DNA of 64,000 nucleotides from Mobula hypostoma (Eukaryota). Both the position numbers and the translations under genes were made by a program. The notes under the pieces were generated by a model that was given only the letters and a program-made list of their open reading frames with translations, made no database searches and was not told the DNA's origin. The stretch spans positions 9,796,001 to 9,860,000 of the forward strand of contig NC_086097.1 in NCBI RefSeq assembly GCF_963921235.1, given 5' to 3'. This document shows, one piece after another, positions 46,735-58,074 of the stretch; within the stretch, counting starts at the first letter, position 1, and each line of letters begins with the position of its first letter.

Positions 46735-47105
46735 TATTGAGGAGTGTAGATAGGGTAAGCGCTGGCAGGCCTTTTTTTCTGTCTGAGGTTGGGTGGGACT
46801 ACAACCAGAGGTCGTGGGTTAAAGGTGAAAGGTGAGAAGTTTAAAAGGAACATGAGGGGAAACTTCTTCACTCAGAGGGTGGTGAGAGTGTGGAATGGCT
46901 TTCCTGTGTAAGTGGTGAATGCAAGCTCAATTTCTCAATTTCAATGTTTAAGAGAAGTTTGGATAGGTACATGGATGGCAGGGATATGGAGGGGTACTGA
47001 CCAGGGTTCAGGTCAATGGAACTAGGCAGTTTAAATAACTTGGCATGGACTAGATGGGCCAAAGGTCCTGTTACTGTGCTGTACTCTTCAATAACTCTAT
47101 GACTC
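46735..47105 (+). mobile_element. CR1 3' fragment
   Basis: RGRGLKVKGEKFKRNMRGNFFTQRVVRVWN. Confidence 0.85.
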
Positions 47106-47469
47106 TAAAGCAATCTATTAGAATACTTTTAAAAAAGTGTCAAATATCCAATGTGCAGAAAAGAATTGTGCAGACAATATAAGTATGTGAATAACATTCA
47201 GATCTGAAATTCACGAAAGTGAATCTATACCATGAAGCTAGTCATCACTACAGCCAATCAAGAGCTCATTAATTGCAGCGCAGAAACGAGTAACCACACT
47301 TGGAGTATTGTGAACAGTTTTGGGCCCCTTATTTCAGAAAAGATATGCTGGCATTAGGGAAAGCTAGCAATGGCTGCTCATTCCACACTCTCACCACTCT
47401 CTGAGTGAAGAAATTCCCCCTCATGTTCCCCTTAAACATTTCACCTTACACCCTTAACCCATGACTTCT

Positions 47470-48692
47470 CTGCCTCTATCTCTGGAGACAGCTTATCTAC
47501 TGTTGAATATTATAAACCCTCGGACTTTCACAGCTGCCTGAACTATATCTCTTCCAATCTTGTTACTTGTAAAAATGCCATCCCTTTTTCTAAATTCTTC
47601 TGTCTCCACTGCATCTGCTCTAAGGATGAGGTTTTTCACTCCAGAATGAAAGAGATGTCCTTTTACAAAGAAAGGAACTTCCCTTCCTCCACCATCAACA
47701 CTGTCCTCAACCACATCTCTTCCATTTCACACACCTCTGCTCTCATCCCATCCTCCTGCCACCCTACCAGGGATAGGATTACTCTCGTCCTCACCTACCA
47801 CCCCATCAGCCTCTGCATCAAGCACATAATTCTCCATAACTTCCACCACCTCCAACTGGATCCCACCACCAAGCACATCTTTCCCTCCCCTCCACTTTCT
47901 GCTTTTCACAGAGATCACTCCCCAAGTGACTCCCTTGTCCATTCATCCCTCCCCACTGACCTCCTTCCTGGCACTTACTCTTGCAAGCGGAACAAGTGCT
48001 ACACCTGCCACTGCACCTCCTCCCTCACTGCCATTCAGTGCCACAAACAGACCGTCCAGGTGAGGCAACACTTTACACATGAGTCTGTTGGGGTCATATA
48101 CTGTGTTCGGTGTTCCAGTGTGGCTTCCTGTATATCGGTGAGACCGGACATAGATTGGGAGACTACTTCACCGAGCACCTATGTTCCATCCTCCGAAAGA
48201 AGCGGGATATCCCAGAGGCTACCTATTTTAATTCCACTGCCCATTCCCATTCCAATACTTCCATCCATGGCCTCCTCCACTGTCGTGATAAGGCCACATT
48301 TAGATTGGAGGAACAACACCTTGTATTCCGCTTGGGTAGCCTCCAACCTGATAGCATGAACATCGATTTCTCAAACTTCCAGTAATGCCTCCCCCACTCC
48401 CATTCACCATTTGCCATCCCTTTTCCCTCCCTCTGATGCTCCTCCCCCCTTTTCCTTCTTCCATGGCCTTCTGTCTCTTTCATCAATCAACTTCCCAGCA
48501 CTTTGTTTCATCCCTCCCCCTCCAAATTTCACCTATCGCTTGGCCTTTCCCTCTACCCTCCCCCACCTTGCAAATCTACTCCTCAGATTTTTTCTCCAGT
48601 CCTGATGAAAGGTTTCAGTCTGAAATGTCGACTGTTTATTCTTTTCCATAGATGCTGCCTAGTCTGCTGAGTTCCTCTAGCATTTTGTGTGT
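47470..48692 (+). mobile_element. Neptune-type Penelope element (RT C-terminus, GIY-YIG endonuclease, pLTR with hammerhead 48597-48634), inserted in an antisense CR1
   Basis: LVLTYHP, PGTYSCKRNKCYTC, VIYCVRC..CGFLYIGETGHRL..FTEHL, EQHLVFRLGSLQPDSMN. Host CR1 pieces at 47365-47465 and 48695-48920. Confidence 0.92.
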
Positions 48693-48944
48693 TCTCATCC
48701 AGTTCTCATCTCACGCAACCTCTGTGGAAAAAGCCTGCGTGCATTTAGCCTAATTTACCCCTCATAATTTTGTGTACCTCTATTAAATCTCCCTTTAATC
48801 TTTTATGTTCCAGGCAATAGAGTCCTAACCTATTTAAACTTTCCACACAACTCAGGTCCCCAAGTCCTAGCGACATCCTTGTAAACTTTCTCTACAGTCT
48901 TTCAATGTTGTTTGCATCTTATTATTGCAGTAGTAATGTAAAGT

Positions 48945-49512
48945 TGCCTTCTGGTTGTTATAGCTGGGGGTGGGAGAGTAGCCGTGAAGCTGTGCTTCCA
49001 CTACCTACTAAATGCTCCCAATAGCATGCATCTCAAATAGCCAATGACAACCAAGTCCATCTCCTGACTTACAGGTGTGGCTTAGCTACTAAGCCTGGTG
49101 GAACCATTTCTTCTGACAGGAGAAGAACCAAAGGCAGGTTACTGGCGCCTTAAAACCAATCCCTGGGGCAGATGTGGCTCATCGGCCGTGGCTGGCAGCT
49201 CCTCTAGGAGAAGCAAAACTCTGATCTCAAACCTTCGCTGCTTTGCGGCTGTACCCACTTATGTGAAGGAAAAATCCAGAGCTGGAATCCCTAAGGTAGT
49301 CCTACGTTGAATTCAATCCTGACTGGCAACTCCTGCGATGCTGTTGGTGCCAAACTGAATCGGTCTCTGCCGTTCCTTTGGATTCAACATCTTCATAGAG
49401 AGGGGGAGGTAGCTACATGGCCATCAGCTTTCTCTCCATATTGTACTGTCCTGCTGTACATATCCACATCCTAGGATGCAACATCAATGGCCGACCTTGA
49501 CTGACAGAACCC
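48945..49512 (+). mobile_element. RTE-derived non-autonomous element
   Basis: GGAGAAGCAAAACTCTGATCTCAAACC; homologous to 26592-27140. Confidence 0.7.
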
Positions 49513-50320
49513 CTAGTAATGTAAGGGATTGGAACAATGATCTGAAAGCATAAGTTCAGACCTTTGAAAAGCAGTTAATTTATGTCATACTTGTTATATA
49601 CATGAGAGCATCAATAATCTTGATCAGGTAAGTAAATGAACATCTTTATTTTCATGAAATTATCTGTATTTCTATTTACCTGGTCTACTGTAATTGAGCC
49701 TCTGGTGCAACAGCAGTGTGAAGTAGCCTAGCAAAGAACTTATTTCATGAGCACTTAGAAATGGACAGATAATACCCTTGCCCACTTCCCATTTGTTCAG
49801 GAAACTGCTGGACTTCAGGGCAGATCATTAACTAGAGCCTCATAAGCAGGTTTTACATGCTTTGTTGGTACTAAACAGATTAATTGTAGGTAACAAGCTT
49901 TCAGGTCAAACTTGGCCTGGAGAAAGAATGGGTCAGATCTTAAAGGCTATGATCATTTTTTTATATATGAAAGATGATTGTTCACAGTCATTGTGAAAAA
50001 TTGAACATTTAAGACCATAAGACCAAAAGGTACAGGAGCATTTGGCCCAACGAGCTTGCTCCACCATTTCATCATGGCTGATCCATTTTCCTCACAGTCC
50101 TAATCTTCTTCCTACTTCCTGTATCCCTTCAGGCCATGACTAATCAAAAATCTATCTTAAATACACCCAATGACTTGGTCTCCACAGACAACGGTAGCAA
50201 CAAATTCCACAGATTCATCATTTGCTGGCTGAAGAAATTCCTCATCATCTCCATTTAAAATGGACATTCCTCTATTCTGAGGCTGTTTTTTCCTGGTCTT
50301 AGACTCTCCTCCCATAGAAA

Positions 50321-51040
50321 TGTGTCATTATACACCAGTCATTGAAAGTGGACATGCAGGTACAGCAGGCGGTGAAAAAGGCGAATGGTATGCTGGCATT
50401 TATAGCGAGAGGATTTGAGTACAGGAGCAGGGAGGTACTACTGCAGTTGTACAAGGCCTTGGTGAGACCACACCTGGAGTATTGGGTGCAGTTTTGGTCC
50501 CCTAATCTAAGGAAAGATGTTCTTGCCATAGAGGGAGTACAAAGAAGGTTCACCAGATTGACTTCTGGGATGGCAGGATTTTCATATGATGAAAGACTGG
50601 ATCGACTAGGCTTATACTCTCTGGAATTTAGAAGATTGAGGGGGGATCTTATTGAAACGTATAAAATTCTAAAGGGATTGGACACGCTAGATGTAGGAAG
50701 ATTGTTCCTGATGTTGGGGAAGTCCAGAACGAGGGGTCACAGTTTGAGGATAAAGAGGAAGCCTTTTAGGACCAAGATGAGGAAAAACTTCTTCATACAG
50801 AGAGTGGTGAATCTGTGGAATTCTCTGCCACAGGAAACAGTTGAGGTCAGTTAATTGGCTATATTTAAGAGGGAGTTAGATATGGCCCTTGTGGCTAGAG
50901 GGATCAGGGGGTATGGAGAGAAGGCAGGTACAGGGTTCTGAGTTGGATGATCAGCCATGATCATACTGAATGGCAGTGCAGCCTTGAAGAGCCGAATGGC
51001 CTACTCCTGCACCTATTTTCTATGTTTCTATGTTTCTATG
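50321..51040 (+). mobile_element. Young CR1 3' fragment with 16-bp TSD
   Basis: ORF 50342-50854 is RT C-terminus; (TTTCTATG)3 tail. TSD TCTCCTCCCATAGAAA at 50305-50320 and 51041-51056. Confidence 0.95.
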
Positions 51041-51216
51041 TCTCCTCCCATAGAAAACATTCTCTCCATATCCACTCTATTGAGGCATTTCAACATTCAA
51101 AAAGTTCCAATAAGATCCCCCCCCCCATTATTCTTCTGAAATACAGTAAGTACAGGCCCACAACCATAAAATGCTCCTCATATGATAAGCCTTTTTAATC
51201 CCGGAATAATTTTTGT

Positions 51217-52505
51217 CATAGTCATAGTCGTAGTCATACTTTATTGATCCCGGGGGAAATTGGTTTTCATTACAGTTGCACCATAAATAATAAATAGTAA
51301 TAGAACCATAAATAGTGAAATAGTAATATGTAAATTATGCCAGTAAATTATGAAATAAGTCCAGGACCAGCCTATCGGCTCAGGATGTCTGACCCTCCAA
51401 GGGAGGAGTTGTAAAGTTTGATGGCCACAGGCAGGAATGACTTCCTATGACGCTCTGTGTTGCATCTCGGTGGAATGAGTCTCTGGCTGAATGTACTCCT
51501 GTGCCCAACCAGTACATTATGTAGTGGATGGGAGACATTGTCCAAGATGGCATGCAACTTAGACAGCATCCTCTTTTCAGACACCACCGTCAGAGAGTCC
51601 AGTTCCATCCCCACAACATCACTGGCCTTACGAATGAGTTTGTTGATTCTGTTGGTGTCTGCTACCCTCAGCCTGCTGTCTCAGCACACAACAGCAAACA
51701 TGATAGCACTGGCCACCACAGACTCGTAGAACATCCTCAGCATCGTCCGGCAGATGTTAAAGGACCTCAGTCTCCTCAGGAAATAGAGACGGCTCTGACC
51801 CTTCTTGTAGACAGCCTCAGTGTTCTTAGACCAGTCCAATTTATTGTCACTTCGTATCCCCAGGTATTTGTAATCCTCCACCATGTCCACATTGACCCTC
51901 TGGATGGAAACAGGGGTCACCGGTACCTTAGCTCTCCTCAGGTCTACCACCAGCTCCTTAGTCTTTTTCACATTAAGCTGCAGATAATTCTGCTCACACC
52001 ATGTGACAAAGTTTCCTACCGTAGTCCTGTACTCAGCCTCATCTCCCTTGCAGATACATCCAACTATGGCAGAGTCATCCGAAAACTTCTGAAGATGACA
52101 AGACTCTGTGCAGTAGTTGAAGTCCGAGGTGTAAATGGTGAAGAGAAAGGGAGACAAGGCAGTCCCCTGTGGAGCCCCAGTGCTGCTGATCACTCTGTCG
52201 GACACACAGTGTTGCAAGCACACGTACTGTGGTCTGCCAGTCAGGTAATCAAGAATCCATGACACCAGGAAAGCATCCACCTGCATCGCTGCCAGCTTCT
52301 CCCCCAGCAGAGCAGGGCGGATGGTGTTGAACGCACTGGAGAAGTCAAAAAACATGACCCTCACAGCGCTTGCTGGCTTGTCCAGGTGGGCGTAGACGCG
52401 GTTCAGCAGGTAGACGATGGCATCCTCAACTCCTAGTCGGGGCTGGTAGGCGAACTGGAGGGGATCTAAGTGTGGCCTGACCATAGGCCGGAGAGCCTAT
52501 GAGCC
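51217..52505 (-). mobile_element. Young 5'-truncated Rex1/Babar LINE (RT)
   Basis: LDPLQFAYQ, FFDFSSAFNTI, GAPQG, KFSDDS. One premature stop at ~51681; (GACTAT)n tail; tttgt TSD. Confidence 0.95.
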
Positions 52506-52654
52506 TTTGTGAGCCACCTTTGAATGCCATGCAATGTAAGCACATCCATTCTTAGATAAAAGGACTCAGAACTGCTCACAATACTGCAAATGAGGCATCA
52601 TTCGTGCCTTATAAAGCCTCAAGATTACATCCCTGTCTTTATATTCTATTCCAG

Positions 52655-53610
52655 TTCAATGTGGAGACTGCCCCAATCACCATGTAGGACAGATGGGGAG
52701 AAAACTATTGGCTAGACTACATGAACATCAGCTGGCTGTAAGAAGACACGATCCTCTGCCACTCATCTCAGTAGGTGAAAACCAAGGATACAGGTCCATC
52801 TGTGAAACTACAAATATCCTGGCAGAAGCACAAAATAAGAAATCAAAAGAATGCTTGGAAGCTTAGTTCTCAATGGTCTCTATAAATAAGCATATTGAAC
52901 TGGATAGAATTTGCGAATCTATGCGTCTGCAGGATCGGGGCTGACGTGTTAACTCCGGACAGCTGAGGAACCAGCGCTCACACGACCAATAACCAGGGAT
53001 ATGGGCCACTATCCTTTATTCTTTGGAGCGTAGAACGTTGAGGTGGGACTTGATAGAGGTGTTTAAAATTATGTGTTGACATGGATAGGATTTTTCCATA
53101 GAGAGTGGGGAAGATTCAAACAAGAGGACATGAGTTGAGAGTTAAAGGGTAAAAGTTTAGAGGTAACATGAGGGGGAACTTCTTTACTCAGAGAGTGGTA
53201 GCTGTTTGGAACGAGCTTCCAGCAGAAGTGGTTGAGGCAGGTTCGATGTTGTCGTTTAAAGTTAAATTGGATAGATATATGGACAGGAAAGGAATAGAGG
53301 GTTATGGGCTGAGTGCAGGTCGGTGGGACTAGGTGAGAGTAAGAGTTCGGCACGGACTAGAAGGGCCGAGATGGCTTGTTTCTGTGCTGTAATTGTTATA
53401 TGGTTATATGTTATATCCAGTTAGCTGGGGCCTAGCAGAGACTAGTAACCAGTATCACCAAGAGTCGGGCCAATATAAATGTGAGAAAGAACACTCAATT
53501 GTGCACTGATGATATCACCTTGATCTGTGACAAAACATTTGTGACCTAGCTTGCAGGCTCAGTGAGCAACCCTACAAACAAATAGCCAACCCAAGCATCC
53601 AATCTCCTCT
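52655..53610 (+). mobile_element. Second Penelope family (GIY-YIG C-terminus plus degenerate hammerhead), split by a CR1 3' fragment at ~53015-53415
   Basis: CGDCPNHHVGQMGRKLLARLHEHQLAVRRHD..NILAEA..KECLEA. CTGATGA at 53506-53512. Confidence 0.75.
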
Positions 53611-53964
53611 TTAATGTCAATCATGAGCCAAGCTCACCATGACAGAGAGTACTTTCATTATAAATTTAAATTTTGTAAACTATTGTTATGCATAAATTGC
53701 TTTTACCAAATTTCTTTCCACACAAGGCCTTATGACATAGGAGCACAATTAGGCTATCTGGCCCATTGAGTCTGCTCTGCTATTCCATCGTGGCTGATTT
53801 TTTTTGTCTCCATCTCAACCCCTTTCCTTTGCCCCATAGTATTTCTATGAACAGTCCAAGGGATTTGGAGGAACAAAATTGTAGAGAGATCACAGACTGC
53901 TGCAAGTAACATAAGGTTATTTCAGTTGGTGTTTTTAACTTTCCACATATTACTAGGATTCGCA

Positions 53965-55635
53965 TACTGTAAAAGATGGGACAGATTTTGTCAAATATGT
54001 TCAGGAAAGGTTCCTTAATCAGTATGTATAAGTCCCAGTGAGAGTACGTGCAATACTTGATCTGCTATTAGGGAATGATGCAGGGCAGGCTACAAAAGGG
54101 AACATTTTGCACCAAATGATAATAATTTCATTAGTTTCCAAGTATATACGCAAAAAGATAGTTCTGGTTTGTGGGTTGAGGTTCTAAATTTGAGAAAGGC
54201 CAGTTTTAATTGTATCAGATTTTAATTGTGGATTGGGGCAGGCTGTTTTCTAGCAAAGGTGTACTTGGTAAGTGGGAGGCCTTCAAAAGTGAAATTTTGA
54301 GAGTACAAAGCCTGTCAAAATGAAAGGTAAAGATAACACGTATAGTGGGAATATTATTGGTAAGTATTCTAATTGACTGGATATATAAGTATTTGGATAG
54401 ATATGGACTGATTAAGGATAGTCAGCATGGATGTGTGTGGTAGGTCATGTCTAATCAACCTTATAGGGTTTTCGAGGAAGTTACCAGGAAAGTTGATGAA
54501 GATAAGGCATTGGATGTTGTCTGTATGGACATTAGTAAGCCATTTGACAAGGTCCCACGTGGGAGGTTGGTCATGAAGGTTCAGTTGCTCAGCATTCAGG
54601 ATGTGGTAGTAAATTAGATTTGACATGGCTTTGTGGGAGAAACCAGAGAGTGGTAGTAGATGGTTGTCTCTCTGACTGGAGAGCTGTAGGGATCAGTACT
54701 GGTTCTGTTGTTGCTTGTCATCTGTGTCAATGATCTGGATGGTAATGTGGTTAATTAGATCAGCAAATTTGCAGATGATACCAAGAGTGGGGGTATAGTG
54801 GACAGCGAGGAAGACTATCATGGCTTGAAATGGGTTGAAAAATGGCAGATGGGATGTAATGGAAGGTTTTACTTTGGTAAGACCAACCAGGGTAGGTGTT
54901 ACACAGTGAACGGTAGGGCACTGAAGTATCCAGTACAACAAAGGGATTTGGGAATACAAGTCCATAACTCATTGAAAGTGGCAGCACGGCACAGGTAGAT
55001 AGGTTTGTAAAGAAAGCTTTTAGCGCATTTGTCTTCATGAATCAAATCATTGAGTGCAGAAGATGACATGTTATGTTGAAGTTTTATAAGACATTGGTGT
55101 GGCCTAATTTGGAGTATTGTGTACAGTTGTGGTCACCTACAGGAAAGATGTAAATAAGGTTGAAAGGGTACAGAGAAAATTTACAAGAATGTTGCTGGCT
55201 CTGGATCACCTGAGTTATAAGGAAAGATTGAATAGGTTAGGACTGTGTTCTTTAAAACATAGAAGATTGAGAGGAGATTTGATAAAGGTATACAAAATTA
55301 TGAAGGGGATAGAGAAGTTAAATGCAAGCAGGTTTTTTCCAACTGAGGTTGGGTGGGACTACAACCAGATGTCATGGGTTAAGGGTGAAAGTTAAAAGTT
55401 CAAGGGGAACATGAGGGGAAACTTCTTCAGTCAGAGGGTGGTGAGAGTGTGGAATGAGCTGCCAGCACAAGTGATTTGTGCGAGCTGGATTTCAATGTTT
55501 AAGAGAAGTTTGGAAAAATACATGGATGATAGGGATATAGAGGGCTATGGTCCCAGCTTAAATAATTCTACATGGACTAGGTGGGCCAGATGGCCTGTTT
55601 CTGTGCTGTGCTTTTCCATGACTCTATGACTCTAA
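53965..55635 (+). mobile_element. Degenerate CR1 with internal deletion (APE fragment plus RT)
   Basis: ILDLLLGN..PND; SQHG..GRSCLINL; KFADDTK; NFFSQRVVRVWNELP. Confidence 0.88.
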
Positions 55636-55914
55636 AAATATTTAAATTTCAGTGTTTTTTTTCCCCGGATGAATTTTGCACTGTTTACTGAATCTTAATC
55701 ATTTGGAGCAGAATATTCACAGATTAGGTTTGAACTTCCTACTGCTAAAATCAACTGATGTTGTTAATTTAAAATTTTAGAACGTTAACCAAAGACATGA
55801 CAGAATATAGTCAAAAGCTGGTGTCGGGAAATAAGCTGCAGATCATGTTTGATTCCAATGAAGAGTGGAACAGGTTCAAGCAAGATAGCAGCTTCTAAAG
55901 CAAGACTACTCTGA

Positions 55915-56135
55915 ATCATTAGAGCAAGGTCTGGAGCCAAGTGATGCTGGTGAGACCCAATCTGAACATCACTGAACAGGTCATTTGTGAGTAAGTACTG
56001 CTTGATAGCACTGTCAAATATCCTGCATCACTTCGCAGAATACTGATGTAGATTGCTGAACGGGTAACAGACCCATGTTGATTTGTTTTGCTGGTTGTGA
56101 GCAGGACATGCCTAGATAATTTTCCACATTGCTGA
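55915..56135 (-). mobile_element. Ancient relic of a divergent CR1-group RT
   Basis: Minus: MWKI..CPAHNQQNKS..DSAIKQYLLTNDLFSDVQIGSHQHHLAPDL, resembling RT domains 1-2 (..QFGFR..HS..D). Confidence 0.6.
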
Positions 56136-56374
56136 TCAATACATCCACGGACTAACTCACCCCTCCATAACCTCCACCACCGCCACCTTATCATTTCCTG
56201 TCAGAGTCACCTTTTGTAAAGACACTCCTGTAGCTAGTAGCACCTTATGGACTTAAAATCAATCCATGTATATGAGTTATCTTATGTATTTATATTTATT
56301 GATTTTTTTTAATTATTGTGCTACTTATTTTATTGATTTTTTGCGCTGCATCAGATCCAGAGAAGCAATTATTT

Positions 56375-57840
56375 CAACACACACAAAATACTGAAGGAAC
56401 TCTGCAGGCCAGGCAGCATCTACTGAAAAGAGTACAGTCGACGTTTCGGGCTGAGACCCGCCAGCAGGACTGGAGAAAAAAAGCTGAGGAGTAGATTTAA
56501 AAGGTGAGGGGAGGGGAGAGAGAAACACAAGGTGATAGGTGAAACCTGAAGGGGGAGGGATAAAGTAAAGAACTGGGAAGTTGATTGGTGAAAGAGATAC
56601 AGGACTGGAGAAAGTGAATCTGATAGCAGAGGACAGAAAACCATGGACGAAAGAAAAGGGGGGGAGGAGCACCAGAGGGAGGCAATGGGTTGGCAAGGAG
56701 ATAAAGTGAGAGAGGGAAAAACTAATGGGGAATGCTGAAGGAGGGTGGGAGGGGGGCATTACCGGAAGTTTGGAAAATCAATATTAATGTCATCAGGTTG
56801 GAAGCTACCCAAAGTGAATATAAGATGTTGTTCCTCCAACTTAAGTGTGGCCTCATCACTAAAGTGGAGGAGGCCATGAATAAATATGTCAGAATGGGAA
56901 TGGGAAGTGGAATTAAAATGTGTGCCCACTGGGAGTTCCTGCTTTTACTGGTGGACGGAGATTAAATACTTGAAGTACATAGGAAAGAAGAGTGGACCAT
57001 GGGAGAAAGGGAAGGACAGAGGCCCCTGGAGGAGGTAAGAGATTGGTGAGAAGAGAAGAGCTAAAAGAGGCGCCTGAGTGGGAAACAGAAGAGGATTGGG
57101 GTTGGGGAGAAAGAACTAGAAGTTCAATAAGTTAATGTTGGGGCCAACAGGTTGGAGCCAACCCAGACAGAATATGAGGTATTGCTCCTCCAACCTGAGA
57201 GTGGTCTCATCATGGCAGCAGAGGAAGCCATAGACTGACATGTCAAAATGGGAGTGGGGATTGGAATTATAGTAACTGGCCACTGGGAAATCCTACTTGT
57301 TGTGGATGGAGTGTAGTTTCTTGACAATGTGATCCCCCAATTTACGTTGGATTTCATCAGTGTAGAAGAAGCCATGGCCTCCGTGACTGCCTCACTGATA
57401 CTGAAGGAGTAACACTTCCCTCAAATTCCATTTAGTTAGTCTCCAACCTGATAGCATGAACATGAATTTTTTCTAACCCTTTGTACTTTCTCCCCCTTCC
57501 CATTTCTTCCATTACCCACTTCTTAACTCTTTTCTTCTCAGCTGCCCATCACCTCCCTCTGGGGCCTCTCCTCCTTTCCTTTCCCCCATAGTCCACTCTC
57601 CTCATAGTCCATATTCCTTCTTCTTCAGCCCTTCACATCCTAGCATCTCACTTCATCCCCACTGCTCCATCTACCAGCATTCACCAATCACCTTCTGGCT
57701 TGTACTCCTTCCCTTCCCCCTTCTTATTCTGGCTTTTTCACTCTTCTTTTCCAGTCCTGATGAAGAATCTTGGCCCATAAGATCAAACGTTTATTAATTT
57801 CCATAGATGCTGCCTGACCTGCTGAATTTCACAACATGTT
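56375..57840. mobile_element. Cluster of Penelope 3'/pLTR fragments: 56375-56960 (-), 56985-57385 (-), 57410-57840 (+)
   Basis: GIY-YIG C-terminal LEEQHL.F.LGS.QP remnants and degenerate hammerheads at 56435-56472 (-) and ~57752-57790 (+). Confidence 0.8.
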
Positions 57841-58074
57841 TTAGTCATAATAAATGATTCTGATTCTTCTATGCTTCTAACTAAACTGGATTTGGTGTTT
57901 TGAAATGATTCAAAGTACATTTATTATCAAAGAATGTATGCAGTGTACAACCCTGAGATTCATCTTCTCCACAGGCAGCCACGTAAGAAAGAAAACCACG
58001 GAAAGAAGAGGAACATCACCCAAGTTCAAAATTCAAAGTTCAAAGTTCAGATGTTCAGAATAACTTTTAGTGTC

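Larger units (their letters stand above)
50010..52655 (-). mobile_element. Older CR1 3' fragment split by two younger LINE insertions
   Basis: Collinear antisense CR1 pieces at 50010-50320, 51041-51216 and 52506-52655. Confidence 0.8.

Noticed and set aside
49625..49633. Perfect CAG|GTAAGT donor
   Set aside because: No plausible upstream acceptor or recognisable coding sequence; expected by chance.
51528..52262. 244-aa + strand ORF
   Set aside because: Antisense shadow of the Rex1 RT frame.
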